A stretch of 61,867 bases of DNA, the filler included, from Chthonomonadaceae bacterium (GTDB lineage Bacteria > Armatimonadota > Chthonomonadetes > Chthonomonadales > Chthonomonadaceae), in the NCBI GenBank assembly GCA_035650735.1. It is 4 parts of 4 records of this genome, joined end to end, with 100 filler letters (N's around TTAATTAATTAA, not from the genome) between each part and the next. Parts side by side here need not be neighbours in the genome. Positions count along the whole stretch, not along the records: positions 1 to 29,418 come from DASRGZ010000022.1; 3 more parts are not named here. One strand, given 5' to 3'. A program made the translations under genes and the position numbers. A model generated the notes under the pieces. The model searched no databases, was not told where the DNA came from, and saw only the letters and a program-made list of their open reading frames with translations. Positions 12,238 through 21,962 of this stretch are shown piece by piece. Every line of letters begins with the position of its first letter. Position 1 is the stretch's first letter.

Positions 12238-13218
12238 TCAGAGATAGAGGGCGTAATCCGTACCGGGATGGGCCAGGCCCGCCTCCTGGAGCCTGCGGCG
12301 GGTGAGGGCGATGGCACATTCCGAGCGGTCAATCCCGACCCAGCGGCGGCCCAGCGCCTGAGCGGCTAAGAGGGTGGTGCCGCCGCCGCAGCAGGGGTCC
12401 AGAACGAGGTCGCCTGGCGCGCTGCTGACGCGCACAATGCGCTCCAGTAGAGCTAGCGGCTTCTGGGTGGCATAGCCGCGCTTCTCGGCGGAGAAGCTCT
12501 TGATCCAGGGCGAGTAGAGGGCCGGCTCGTCCCATACATCGTCGAGCGCCACGCCCAGCGGATTGCCACCGCCGCCGCGCCGCCGATAGCCCGGCGGGTG
12601 TGGGCGGAAACGGGCCGCGACATCAAAGGCGAAGTGACGGCGGTCTTTGACGTAGTAGAGCAGGGTATCGTGGTTGCGAACCCAGTTTTTGGCTCGCGTC
12701 TTAAAGCCGGAAACCCAGCCGCTGCGCCAGACGATCTCCCGGCGGAAATTCTCCGGCCCGAATAGCGCATCCAGCAGGGGCTTGAGGTAGTGGCTGGCGG
12801 CAGGATCGCAATGCAGATAGAGGCTGCCCGTCGGGGCCAGGACGCGATGAAGCTCGACAAGGCGGGGGAGCATCATCACCAGGTAGGCGGCCAGGCCGTC
12901 GCGCTGCCGCGCCTCCACGAAGGCCCGCAGCAGCCCGGCAAGAGCGTTCGGGAGGCCGCCCAATAGCAGAGCACGATAAGCGGCCTCGTCCCATTCCCAG
13001 GTATCCGAAAAGGCCAGCGTCTCTATCTCGCCCGGATCATTACGGCCCTTGGAGGAGAACAGAGTGTAATCCCGCTGGCTGGCAAAGGGCGGGTCGAGGT
13101 AAATCAGATCGGCGCAGCCGTCCGGGATGCGGGCGCGCAGCACCGCCAGGTTATCCCCCTGATAGAGCGCGCAGCCGGGCGGGGCGATGCCATTCGCTCC
13201 GGTAAATAGGTGAGACAT
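12238..13218 (-). CDS. Orphan N6/N4 DNA methyltransferase (beta class)
   Basis: DLIYLDPPF catalytic motif before TQKP and VLDPCCGGGTT SAM-binding motif; no adjacent endonuclease. Confidence 0.85.
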   Translation of the reverse strand: MSHLFTGANGIAPPGCALYQGDNLAVLRARIPDGCADLIYLDPPFASQRDYTLFSSKGRNDPGEIETLAFSDTWEWDEAAYRALLLGGLPNALAGLLRAFVEARQRDGLAAYLVMMLPRLVELHRVLAPTGSLYLHCDPAASHYLKPLLDALFGPENFRREIVWRSGWVSGFKTRAKNWVRNHDTLLYYVKDRRHFAFDVAARFRPHPPGYRRRGGGGNPLGVALDDVWDEPALYSPWIKSFSAEKRGYATQKPLALLERIVRVSSAPGDLVLDPCCGGGTTLLAAQALGRRWVGIDRSECAIALTRRRLQEAGLAHPGTDYALYL

Positions 13219-13337
13219 CGGTACGATGATCGTCCTGAAAGCGGTCGCGCCTGGTCATATGTCAGGGGCCGAGGCGCCTTACCGAACGGTTCGCGGCGCC
13301 TCGTCCATTTTCCTGCAATGCCCTCGCGGGGGCGCTC

Positions 13338-13592
13338 CTATTCGTTTCGGTTCAATCCGGCGCCCTGCGCCCCCCGGCTCATCCCCCGGCCCTGTAGGTC
13401 TTTAAGCTCCAGATTGGCTTTTGTGCTGGCCCTGCCGTCCGCGGCTGTCGCAGCATTCGGCGGCGCCTCCCCTGGTTTTATCGGGACGGGGGCCGGCTCT
13501 CGGTTAATCAGATACCAGCCGAAAGCTATCACGATCACCATCACCACGACGGCCAGCACGACGGCTACAGGCGTGGATACGTCTCTACGCAT
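13338..13592 (-). CDS. Small single-TM hypothetical protein
   Basis: N-terminal hydrophobic helix; AGGAGA upstream of ATG. Confidence 0.6.
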   Translation of the reverse strand: MRRDVSTPVAVVLAVVVMVIVIAFGWYLINREPAPVPIKPGEAPPNAATAADGRASTKANLELKDLQGRGMSRGAQGAGLNRNE

Positions 13593-13763
13593 GTGTCTGT
13601 CTCCTGGGTATCTCTACCGGCAGGCTTATAGCGTCTCCTTATAAGTTTGGGTAGTGTACCCATAGAGAGTTGATACTTCGTCGCCGATGACCTTATCAAC
13701 TCTGTAGAGGGACACTACCTAAGTTTGCCTGCCGGAAAAAAAGCGCTTCTCTCCACGGGCGCG

Positions 13764-13845
13764 GGTAGACACTCCCAGCCGTGTGGATCAATCTCACGCA
13801 GCCTGCTGCTGAGGAGATATGTCAACACCGTTGGGAGGGATTACC
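13764..13845 (+). mobile_element. 82-bp MITE, copy 1
   Basis: GGTAGACACTCCCA...TGGGAGGGATTACC flanked by 8-bp direct repeat CGGGCGCG. Confidence 0.88.
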
Positions 13846-13947
13846 CGGGCGCGGCCAACAACCATTTAGGCACGCCCAACCGGCCGCCGGACGAAAAGAA
13901 TCCTTATCTCCACCCTACGGAGAGGGAATGCCCTTCGCCTCCTCGGA

Positions 13948-14862
13948 TCACAAGCTAAAATCGTAATCGGGCGCAAAGGTGATGGCATGGCAGCCGTCAT
14001 TCCAGTAATAGTGGAAGCCATCATACGGAAACCCGTTGCTGTCGTAGTAGGGGAAGGGATCGTTGTTGTAGTTGGAGATGAGGTTGGGATAGGGCGGGCC
14101 GCCCATGTGACGCCACTTGGCATGGCCGTCTGTAAGCACAAAATTCATCCCCTGGGAGTGTATCCAGGCCGTCCCGAAAAAGACTTGCTGATTGTTTTCA
14201 TCCACATAGGGGAAGAAACTAAGCTCGCCATTGCGGTCTGCGCTGCAATTGGCCGAAGAGGGGACATAGCGGCAAGGCTGACTGCCGTCAGGACAGTAGA
14301 GGGTCGGCGCAGAGGTCGCCAGTCCTGCCAGGCTCGCCTTTCCCATTCCTGCCCATAACAGAGGAAGCTTGGCGGGCGAGGCGACCGCCGCTTCCGGATA
14401 GCTATGCAGCAGGCCGTTATAGGTGTAGGAGACGTCCGCCCACGGCTTTAATGGCTTATCGTAGGAATTGCCTTCCAGGCGCTTCTCCGGCGCGGAAGGG
14501 CAGCTATAGATGCCGTAGTTCTTGATGTAAGGATAGAGCGTGTTGGTCCAGGAACCGGCCATCGCCCGGACGTAGTTGGGGCCGGTGCCCTGCCAGTCCG
14601 CCGGCGTATCATGGTAGTACAGAGACAGCCATCCGACGGCGGGATGCCACCCAAACGCCATCGGAAACGTTTCGTCATAATCCTGGATGTACATGGGAAA
14701 CGCCGTGCCGAATTGCCGGGTGTAGGAGAGACAGGCTGTCTGCCGCGCTTGTTCGCGCGCCTGGGCGAAAACGGGGAAGAGAATAGCGGCTAGAATCGCG
14801 ATAATGGCGATGACGACGAGCAGTTCAATTAACGTAAAAGCTCGTTTGGCAGTAGTAGGCAT
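13948..14862 (-). CDS. Prepilin-type N-terminal methylation / DUF1559-like protein with H-X9-DG motif
   Basis: AFTLIELLVVIAIIAILAAILFPVFAQAREQAR N-terminus; C-terminal HSQGMNFVLTDGHAKW; AGGAGG SD. Confidence 0.9.
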   Translation of the reverse strand: MPTTAKRAFTLIELLVVIAIIAILAAILFPVFAQAREQARQTACLSYTRQFGTAFPMYIQDYDETFPMAFGWHPAVGWLSLYYHDTPADWQGTGPNYVRAMAGSWTNTLYPYIKNYGIYSCPSAPEKRLEGNSYDKPLKPWADVSYTYNGLLHSYPEAAVASPAKLPLLWAGMGKASLAGLATSAPTLYCPDGSQPCRYVPSSANCSADRNGELSFFPYVDENNQQVFFGTAWIHSQGMNFVLTDGHAKWRHMGGPPYPNLISNYNNDPFPYYDSNGFPYDGFHYYWNDGCHAITFAPDYDFSL

Positions 14863-14934
14863 GATCGAACCTCCTCATTGTCATGGCTTACCCTCCCAAA
14901 CGAGAAAAAAATAACAAAGCAGAACTGGAAATCT

Positions 14935-15016
14935 GGTAATCGCTCCCAACGGTGTTGACGTATCTCCTCAGCAGCAGGCTGCGTGAGATTGATCCACACG
15001 GCTGGGAGTGTCTACC
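14935..15016 (-). mobile_element. 82-bp MITE, copy 2
   Basis: Reverse complement of copy 1 (near identical); 8-bp direct repeat GGAAATCT. Confidence 0.88.
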
Positions 15017-15141
15017 GGAAATCTCGCTGCACCGCTAAAATAGAACAGTTTCCAGAGCGGTGCGAGTTCCCACAGCCCAAATTCGCAAGAATGGAGAAGT
15101 TGGAATAGAAAACTAAACGGGAAACGGAAATCGCAGGGCCG

Positions 15142-16062
15142 TTAATCCCAGGCCAGGCGCACGATGCGCTGATTGAGCGTATCGGCGACGTAAATTTCGC
15201 CGTTGGGGCCGAGGGCGACGCTGGAGGGAGCGCGAAAGGGGCCAAGTCGGGGGTTGGGCGAGTCGTAGGTGAGCAAAGAGCCGCCCTGCGCGTCGAAGAC
15301 ATGCAGGCGGTTGGCGCCGGCCTCCGCCAGATAGATCCGGCCCTGACTATCCACGGCGACGCCGCGCGGATCGGCCAGACGCCGTATCTCGCCGAGCGCC
15401 TGAGCGCGGACACCGAAATAGGTGTAGCGGGTCACGTCGCTGGTCGCGCCATCTGTGACGTAGATATTATGGGCGTGGTCGCAGGCGACGGAGAGAGGCC
15501 GCACGATGCCGACGGCCTGATCCATCCCGCCGATAAACTGGTTGTTGCGCGGATTGAAGCGCAGCAGGCGCGATTGGCCGGTGTCGGCGATCCAGAGCAT
15601 GCCTTCGGCGTCAAAGGCGACGCCGGAGGGACTGCGAAAGCCGCCGATAGCGCCCCGGCACTGCCCCAGGAAGTGGAAGCACTGCACGCGATTATTGCCC
15701 TGATCGGCCACGTAAACGAACTGCCCCGTCGGATCGACGGCGACGGCGACCGGCCCCCACATCTGCCCGGGGGCGCTGCCGGGCCGTCCATAGACCTTGA
15801 CATCGCCGTTGAGGGCGATTCGCTGGACGCGGTGGTTATTGCTGTCGGCGACGTAGAGCGTGCCATCCCGGTCTACGGCCAGCCCCGTCGGCGCGGCGAA
15901 TTGTCCCACTCCCGTGCCCGGATCGCCGATCACCTCGACGGCGCGCAGGCGCAGCGGCTTCCAGCCTGGAGCGCTGTCCGGCCCGCGCTCCTCTGCAGCG
16001 GGCGCAGGCGCGGGCCTGGGCAGCTCATCCCCGATCTCCAGATAATTAAACCGATCACTCAT
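15142..16062 (-). CDS. NHL-repeat beta-propeller protein
   Basis: Repeated P.G.AVD..G..YVAD..N.RV units; ATG 16062 (MSDRFNYLEI) is a more plausible start than the longer ORF start. Confidence 0.85.
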   Translation of the reverse strand: MSDRFNYLEIGDELPRPAPAPAAEERGPDSAPGWKPLRLRAVEVIGDPGTGVGQFAAPTGLAVDRDGTLYVADSNNHRVQRIALNGDVKVYGRPGSAPGQMWGPVAVAVDPTGQFVYVADQGNNRVQCFHFLGQCRGAIGGFRSPSGVAFDAEGMLWIADTGQSRLLRFNPRNNQFIGGMDQAVGIVRPLSVACDHAHNIYVTDGATSDVTRYTYFGVRAQALGEIRRLADPRGVAVDSQGRIYLAEAGANRLHVFDAQGGSLLTYDSPNPRLGPFRAPSSVALGPNGEIYVADTLNQRIVRLAWD

Positions 16063-16254
16063 AAAAGTGCTAGCCAATGAGTCAGCGGCAGCCCCGCATT
16101 CCAACGTGGCTTGAGACGGAGGGTTCGGCCACCGAATCGCCGTCTCCTGCGGGGCTGCCGGGTCAACGGATCAACAAGGAATTCCCCTTATGCAACCGGG
16201 CTTCTGATGGGCACAGAACGTACCCGGATACCTCATGAACCCTCGCTACTTCCT

Positions 16255-17898
16255 CTAGCTTCCGCCCTCGCCCGGGATGCGCACGGGCGCGGGAGGCGGG
16301 GCCGGGATGACGCTCTTCAAATCTACCGCATGGGTATCTAGCTGCTGCGTGGCCGGGTCAATCGCCTTGGTGAGGAGCAGTTCGCTTGTGATAGTATCCA
16401 TGTCCTCGGCGTGGGCGCTGGAGGCGGCACGAGCGCGCGTGGCGGCCCATGCGCGCAGATCCTCGATGCGCTCGCGCATGGTCATCGCGAGGGGCACGGT
16501 GTGATGCGCGGCGGCGATGATCGACTCGGTGGTCAGCTCGCGTTTCTCGTCGAAGGCGTCGTAGAGGGCTTCGACGACGCAGGCTTCGATCTCAGCGCCA
16601 GAGAAGCCCGGCGTTGCCTCCGCCAGCCGATCCACGTCGAAATCGTCCGGGTTGCGCTTACGCTTTTGCAGATGAATCTTGAAAATCTGCTTGCGCTCCT
16701 CCTGCGAGGGCAGGTCAATGAAGAAAATCTCATCGAAGCGGCCCTTGCGCAGTAGCTCCGGGGGCAGCGCGGTGACATCGTTGGAGGTGGCGACGACGAA
16801 GGCGGGAGCGCGCTTATCCTGCATCCAGGTCAGGAACGTGCCGAAGACGCGCGCGGTCGTACCGCCGTCCGACATACCCGAGCTCTGCGTGCCGGATAGT
16901 CCCTTTTCCAGCTCGTCCAACCAGAGCACACAGGGCGCAACCGACTCGGCGACGCGGATGGCCTTGCGCATGTTCTCCTCGGAGGAGCCGACGATCCCGG
17001 CGAAGATGCGGCCCATATCCAGCCGCAGCAGCGGCAGCCGCCACAGCGAGCCGATGGCCTTGGCGGACAGGCTCTTGCCGCACCCCTGCACGCCCAACAG
17101 CAGCACGCCGCGCGGAGCCGGCAGGCCAAAGTCCCGCGCTTTCTCCGTAAAGGAGACGGTGCGCTTCTCCATCCAGTCCTTGAGCAGGTCCAGCCCACCG
17201 ACGTCCGAGATCTGTTCGCTGAATGGGTAGTACTCCAGGATGCCCGACTTGCGGATGATCTGCTCTTTCTCGCTCAAGATCACATCCACGTCAAAGCGGT
17301 GCTTCTCAACCAGCGACTTGGCGAAGACGTTTTCGGCCTCATTGGCCGTCAGGCCCTGCGCCGCCTTGAGTATCTGATCGCGCTCCAACTCCGTTAGCTC
17401 GGTATTGATCTGAGGGTTGTCCTTGACGGATTGGATGATGCCCTCCAATAGCTGGTCGAGGTCGTCGCGGTCGGGCAGGCCGTAGTCCACGACGGTGACC
17501 TCCTTTTCCAGTTCCAGAGGGAGCTTTAGGGTGGGGGAGAGGATAATCAGCGTCTTATAGCTTGTTTTGAGGGCGACGGTCAGATCGCGCAGACGGCGCG
17601 TCACCGTCACGTCGGAGATGAACGGGTGATAGTCCTTGAGCACGAACAGCGCCTGGTCGCGCGAGTCCATCACGGCGTTGAGGGCCGCAATGGGGTCGCG
17701 CGTGGCGTTGTCCTGGCTGTTGGGGTTGAGCACCATGCCCTGGGTGATCGTCCAGAAATAGATTTTCTTGCCGCGCGCCTGGGCGATGGAGCGCAGGGCG
17801 TCTTCGACGCGCTTCTCCTCCCAGGAGACGATATAGATGATAGGATAGCGAGCGCGAATCAGCGTCTCAAGTTCTGTATGGATCGCGGAAGCAGCCAA
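16255..17898 (-). CDS. AAA+ ATPase, Ycf46-like (degenerate N-terminal AAA + active AAA)
   Basis: Walker A GVQGCGKS, Walker B LWLDELEK, SRH LPPELLRKGRFDEIFF; N-terminal LIRARYPIIYI...LKDYH. Confidence 0.88.
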   Translation of the reverse strand: MAASAIHTELETLIRARYPIIYIVSWEEKRVEDALRSIAQARGKKIYFWTITQGMVLNPNSQDNATRDPIAALNAVMDSRDQALFVLKDYHPFISDVTVTRRLRDLTVALKTSYKTLIILSPTLKLPLELEKEVTVVDYGLPDRDDLDQLLEGIIQSVKDNPQINTELTELERDQILKAAQGLTANEAENVFAKSLVEKHRFDVDVILSEKEQIIRKSGILEYYPFSEQISDVGGLDLLKDWMEKRTVSFTEKARDFGLPAPRGVLLLGVQGCGKSLSAKAIGSLWRLPLLRLDMGRIFAGIVGSSEENMRKAIRVAESVAPCVLWLDELEKGLSGTQSSGMSDGGTTARVFGTFLTWMQDKRAPAFVVATSNDVTALPPELLRKGRFDEIFFIDLPSQEERKQIFKIHLQKRKRNPDDFDVDRLAEATPGFSGAEIEACVVEALYDAFDEKRELTTESIIAAAHHTVPLAMTMRERIEDLRAWAATRARAASSAHAEDMDTITSELLLTKAIDPATQQLDTHAVDLKSVIPAPPPAPVRIPGEGGS

Positions 17899-18151
17899 TG
17901 GAATATCCCTCTGCCGAAAAGATAGGAACGGGTAGCGTCTATTCTATTATACCAGTAGAAACGATTCTATTTTAAAGGATTAGCCCTGGATCGTCAACGA
18001 CCCGCCAGTGACATATTCCACAGCCGAACTGTGCCAAACTAGACAGGGACAGCGGCCCCGGAACACGAATTAAGAACGGGAAAGCGAGCCAGCGCGCCCG
18101 ACTCGTCCGAGTTCACGGAGCGCGCGGTCTGGATTTGCAGGGAGGGGTCTC

Positions 18152-20680
18152 ATGGCGGCAAGAGGCGCTCTGTCCTCGTTTCTGCGTTGGGTTATCCTCG
18201 GCATAAGCGTCGCCGTGCTCCAGGCGCCGCTGCGAACCCGGGCGCAAGTCCCAGCATCTGTCGCTCCGGGCAAGCAGGAGATGCCTGCCCGGCCCTCCGC
18301 GCTGGAGCAGGAATTCAACCGGCTGGAAAAAGAGGGCAGTCGGGCCGATGACAACTACGATTACCCCGCAGCGGAGAGAGCTTATCAGGCCGGATTGAAG
18401 CTGTCGCAGGCCAATCGGGATACCTGCCGGACGGCCAGCTTCCTCATGCGCCTGGGCGGTGTGTACGTTGATATTGATCAATACGACAGGGCATTAGATT
18501 GCTTTGCCCGCGCCGTGACGCTGCTGGAGAGATCAGATAAGCCCCAGGACACCGCCCGCTGCCTCAACGGCCTGGGCGCAGTATACGGCAACCTCGGCCA
18601 ATATGAGAGGGCCGCAGATTACTTCCGGCGTGAGTTGACCATTGAGAAATCGCTCGGAGACGACCGGGGCGTCGTCGTGTGTCTCTCCAATCTCGGCGCA
18701 ATTTGCGGTCGCCTGAATCGGCACGAAAAGGCACTAGACTATCTCACGTCCGCCCTCCAGATCGCAGAAAAGGTAGGCGACCCACGTCTCATTGCCAAGA
18801 CCCTGATCAATCAGGGCGATGCCTATGATCATACAAGCCAGTTCAGCAAGGCCGTCGCCTGCTATGACCGCTCTCTGGCTCTTCTGGAGAAACTGCCCAA
18901 TCGGTTTGATCTCGCCCTATGTCTGGATAATATAGGGGGTATCTACCAGGAGCGGGGCCTTTTCGATAAGGCGATAGAGTATCGCAGGCGCGCGCTGGAA
19001 ATCTACCGGGCGCTCAAGAGCCGGTTATATGCCATTTCCTGCCTCAATCACCTGGCCGAGATCTACTTTCTGCAATTGAAGTTCGAGAAGGCAGAGGAGG
19101 TGGCCGACGAGGCTTGCCGCGACTACGAAGCGATGAGCGCGCAGGTGGTCGATCCCAGCCAGCTAGGAGCTTTCCTGGATGTCGTCGAGCATGCCTACGC
19201 GCGCTATGCCTATCTGTTGATGTGGCGCAAGCGCCCGGAGGATGCCCTGGTCATGCTGGAGCGCGGGCGCGGGCGTGGTCTGGCCGTGCTGGCGCATCAG
19301 GGCCATGCCGGGCTGGAGGCCCTTCTCAGCAGCGAGGAAGCGGCCCGGCTGCGTGCGGCGACTGCCGAATTGAACCGCGCCAGTAACCGCTGGCGTGCCG
19401 CCTCCCTACAGAGCATTCCCCAGGAGCAGACCTCTCGGCAGGCTTTCCTGGCGCAGGTCTCGACCGCCAGGGCCGCCTATGATGAGGCCGAGCGCCGTCT
19501 GACGCTGCTGCGGGATACCCTGCTGCTCAACCATCCGACCTATGGCCGCTTGCAGGGAGCCAGGCCGCCGACGTTTGCCGAGCTGCGCCGGTTGGCCCGC
19601 CAGCACCCCGACACCCTTTACCTGGAATGGGGCATTGTGCATACCAGCGCTACCCTGCTCTGCGCCCTTTCGCAGCAAGACGGCCTCCGCACCTTCACCC
19701 TCCATATCGGCGATGAAGGGCTGAGCAAGCAGGTGCAGCGGTGGCGGCAGGCGCTGCTCGCGCAGCAGCCAGAGGAGCCAGAGTACGCCAACGCTCTCTA
19801 TACCGCCCTCTTTGATCCGCTGGAGCAAGCCGGCCTCTTGCGGCCTGGACGTTACCGACGGCTGGTGCTTGTGGCCGACGGGCTATTACAGGATGTGCCC
19901 TTCGCCGCTCTGCGGGATGCCAGCGGCAAACGGCTGGTGGAGCGCTTTTCGCTCTCCTCGGCCATCTCGTTAGGGATGCTCACCTGGCCGCAGAACCGCT
20001 CTCGCCCAACCGGCACGCTGCTGTGCGCTGCCGATCCGACCGATGCGCGCGGCGTGGTCTTGCAGAGCCGGACGCGCGGCGGGCTTGGGCGCCTGCCCAG
20101 GGCGCGCGCGGAAGGGGAGCAGGTGGTGCGGCTGTTTCCCGGTGCGGTCGGGCTGGTGGGGTCGAGAGCGCGTGAGGCCGTCATCAAGCGGCAGATGGGG
20201 CGCTATGCCCTGCTGCACTTTGCCACGCACGGCGTGCTGGATACGGTCAACGGATTGCGGTCGGGCCTGGTGCTGGCCCCGGAGCCGTCCGGCAGCGCGG
20301 AGGATGGCATTCTGGAGGCGCGCGAAATTATGGAGATGCGGCTGGCGGCGCAGCTGGCGGTGCTGTCGGCGTGCGAGACGGCCCAGGGACAGCAGAGCGG
20401 AGGTGAGGGCCTGCTGGGGTTGGCGTGGGCGTTTCGGGCGGCGGGATGCCCCGCCGTGGTGGCCTCGCAATGGAGTGTGGAGGATGGGGCGACGGAGAGG
20501 CTGATGGTCGTCTTTTACCGGCAATTGCGAGCGGGCAAGCCCAAGGATGAGGCGGTGCGGCAGGCGATGCTGGCGATCAAGAAGGAAAGAGGGCGCGCGG
20601 CGCCATTCTATTGGGCGGCCTTTCAGGTCATTGGGGATACAAGCCGCTTGGTTCTGCCGCACGCTGCCTACAGGCAATAG
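18152..20680 (+). CDS. TPR-repeat CHAT (caspase-like) protease
   Basis: Multiple TPR repeats; C-terminal LLHFATHG and VLSACET dyad motifs, VVASQWSV, PFYWAAF. Confidence 0.92.
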   Translation: MAARGALSSFLRWVILGISVAVLQAPLRTRAQVPASVAPGKQEMPARPSALEQEFNRLEKEGSRADDNYDYPAAERAYQAGLKLSQANRDTCRTASFLMRLGGVYVDIDQYDRALDCFARAVTLLERSDKPQDTARCLNGLGAVYGNLGQYERAADYFRRELTIEKSLGDDRGVVVCLSNLGAICGRLNRHEKALDYLTSALQIAEKVGDPRLIAKTLINQGDAYDHTSQFSKAVACYDRSLALLEKLPNRFDLALCLDNIGGIYQERGLFDKAIEYRRRALEIYRALKSRLYAISCLNHLAEIYFLQLKFEKAEEVADEACRDYEAMSAQVVDPSQLGAFLDVVEHAYARYAYLLMWRKRPEDALVMLERGRGRGLAVLAHQGHAGLEALLSSEEAARLRAATAELNRASNRWRAASLQSIPQEQTSRQAFLAQVSTARAAYDEAERRLTLLRDTLLLNHPTYGRLQGARPPTFAELRRLARQHPDTLYLEWGIVHTSATLLCALSQQDGLRTFTLHIGDEGLSKQVQRWRQALLAQQPEEPEYANALYTALFDPLEQAGLLRPGRYRRLVLVADGLLQDVPFAALRDASGKRLVERFSLSSAISLGMLTWPQNRSRPTGTLLCAADPTDARGVVLQSRTRGGLGRLPRARAEGEQVVRLFPGAVGLVGSRAREAVIKRQMGRYALLHFATHGVLDTVNGLRSGLVLAPEPSGSAEDGILEAREIMEMRLAAQLAVLSACETAQGQQSGGEGLLGLAWAFRAAGCPAVVASQWSVEDGATERLMVVFYRQLRAGKPKDEAVRQAMLAIKKERGRAAPFYWAAFQVIGDTSRLVLPHAAYRQ

Positions 20681-20777
20681 CGCCGGGCCGTGCCCGAAAG
20701 AAAAAATTCTATTTCACCTCACCTTCGATCCGAATGAGATGGAAAGGCGCCGGCGCTGGAGAATAGAACTTACCGGG

Positions 20778-20807
20778 TTGACAACGGAGCGAAAAAGCCG
20801 CTACACT
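20778..20807 (+). promoter_or_regulatory. Sigma70-type promoter
   Basis: TTGACA-18 nt-TACACT about 40 nt upstream of GTG 20848. Confidence 0.5.
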
Positions 20808-20847
20808 AAGCACGCCATTGTTTCTCTCTTCGCACCGGAGGTTTGCC

Positions 20848-21267
20848 GTGTCCACGCGCGCGCTGATAGAACAGATTCTGGAGCAACGCAATTTTGCCGT
20901 CGCCGGCGCCTCGCGCGATCCAGACAAATACGGTTACAAGGTCTATAAGACGTTAAAAGAGGCAGGCTATAACGTCTATGCCGTCAACCCGAACGCCGAT
21001 ACGATTGATGGCGATCCCTGCTATCCCTCGCTCGACAACATTCCCGGCCCCATTGATTGCCTGGTGACCGTTACGCCGCCCGAGATCACGGAGGAGATCA
21101 TCCGCACGGCGGGCCACCTTAAAGTGCCCTATTTGTGGATGCAGCCCGGCTCCGAGTCCATGCCCGCCTTTAACCTGGCGCGCAGCTATTCCATGCAGAT
21201 CGTCTCCGGCGGGCCCTGTATCATGGTGGCGGTGGCGCAGCGACGGGCGCGCGATGTCGCGGCCTGA
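20848..21267 (+). CDS. CoA-binding (YccU-like) protein
   Basis: AVAGASRDPDKYG, VYAVNP, LWMQPG, GPCIMV; GGAGG before GTG 20848. Confidence 0.88.
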   Translation: MSTRALIEQILEQRNFAVAGASRDPDKYGYKVYKTLKEAGYNVYAVNPNADTIDGDPCYPSLDNIPGPIDCLVTVTPPEITEEIIRTAGHLKVPYLWMQPGSESMPAFNLARSYSMQIVSGGPCIMVAVAQRRARDVAA

Positions 21268-21778
21268 TGGCAAAGCGGTGACGGCGCGCGCTTCTGGCAC
21301 TGCCGCTCCCAACGCCCGCCGCATGGCCGCGATGCTGGCGCTGCTGCGCGTGTTCGTGGGCGTCAAGTTTGTGCTGGCGGGCGCGCATAAATGGGACTGG
21401 ATCGGCACGCCCCAGCTTGCCAGGCTCCTGACCGGCTGGATTAGCGCCGAGCGCATGACCCCTTTCGGCTGGCACATCCGCTTTCTCACCCAGACCGTTC
21501 TGCCGCATACCTCCCTATTTACCTACCTCGTGGTCTTCGGGGAGGTCGGGGTGGGCCTGTTGCTGACGCTGGGCCTGTTGAGTCGCGCGGCGGCCCTTCT
21601 CGCCCTGGTGATGAACGCCAACTACCTGCTGGCGACCTGGGCACTTGGCCCGGCCTACCAGGGATATAACGAGGCTCTCCTGGCGATGGAGCTGGCCTTC
21701 CTGGTGGTCGGGGCCGGCCGCGCCTACGGACTGGATGCCCGCCTGGCCCGCAAGCGCCCGCGCTGCCCCCTCTGGTAG
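21254..21778 (+). CDS. DoxX family membrane protein
   Basis: LLRVFVG...GEVGVGLLLTLGLLSR...GAGRAYGLD; four TM segments. Confidence 0.82.
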   Translation: MSRPDGKAVTARASGTAAPNARRMAAMLALLRVFVGVKFVLAGAHKWDWIGTPQLARLLTGWISAERMTPFGWHIRFLTQTVLPHTSLFTYLVVFGEVGVGLLLTLGLLSRAAALLALVMNANYLLATWALGPAYQGYNEALLAMELAFLVVGAGRAYGLDARLARKRPRCPLW

Positions 21779-21813
21779 CTATTCTTAACCACCCGCTAGA
21801 AAAGCCAGAGCCT

Positions 21814-21956
21814 CAACAGGATGAACAGGATTATGCAGGATTAAACAGGATTTCTAAAACCTACCTACCCAACCGAGTCCTTATGCCTCTGGACTTCAAG
21901 TTGACTGAAAGGCTTCTGTCTTTGTCTTAATCCTCTAAATCCTGTTCATCCTGTTG
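21814..21956. repeat. Inverted-repeat element built from (A)ACAGGAT units
   Basis: Perfect 19-bp IR CAACAGGATGAACAGGATT (21814-21832) / AATCCTGTTCATCCTGTTG (21938-21956), with further CAGGATT and AATCCT units inside. Confidence 0.8.
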
Positions 21957-21962
21957 GAAGCT

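Noticed and set aside
13764..15016. Composite transposon formed by two inverted MITEs around the prepilin gene
   Set aside because: Each MITE has its own distinct 8-bp TSD, indicating independent insertions
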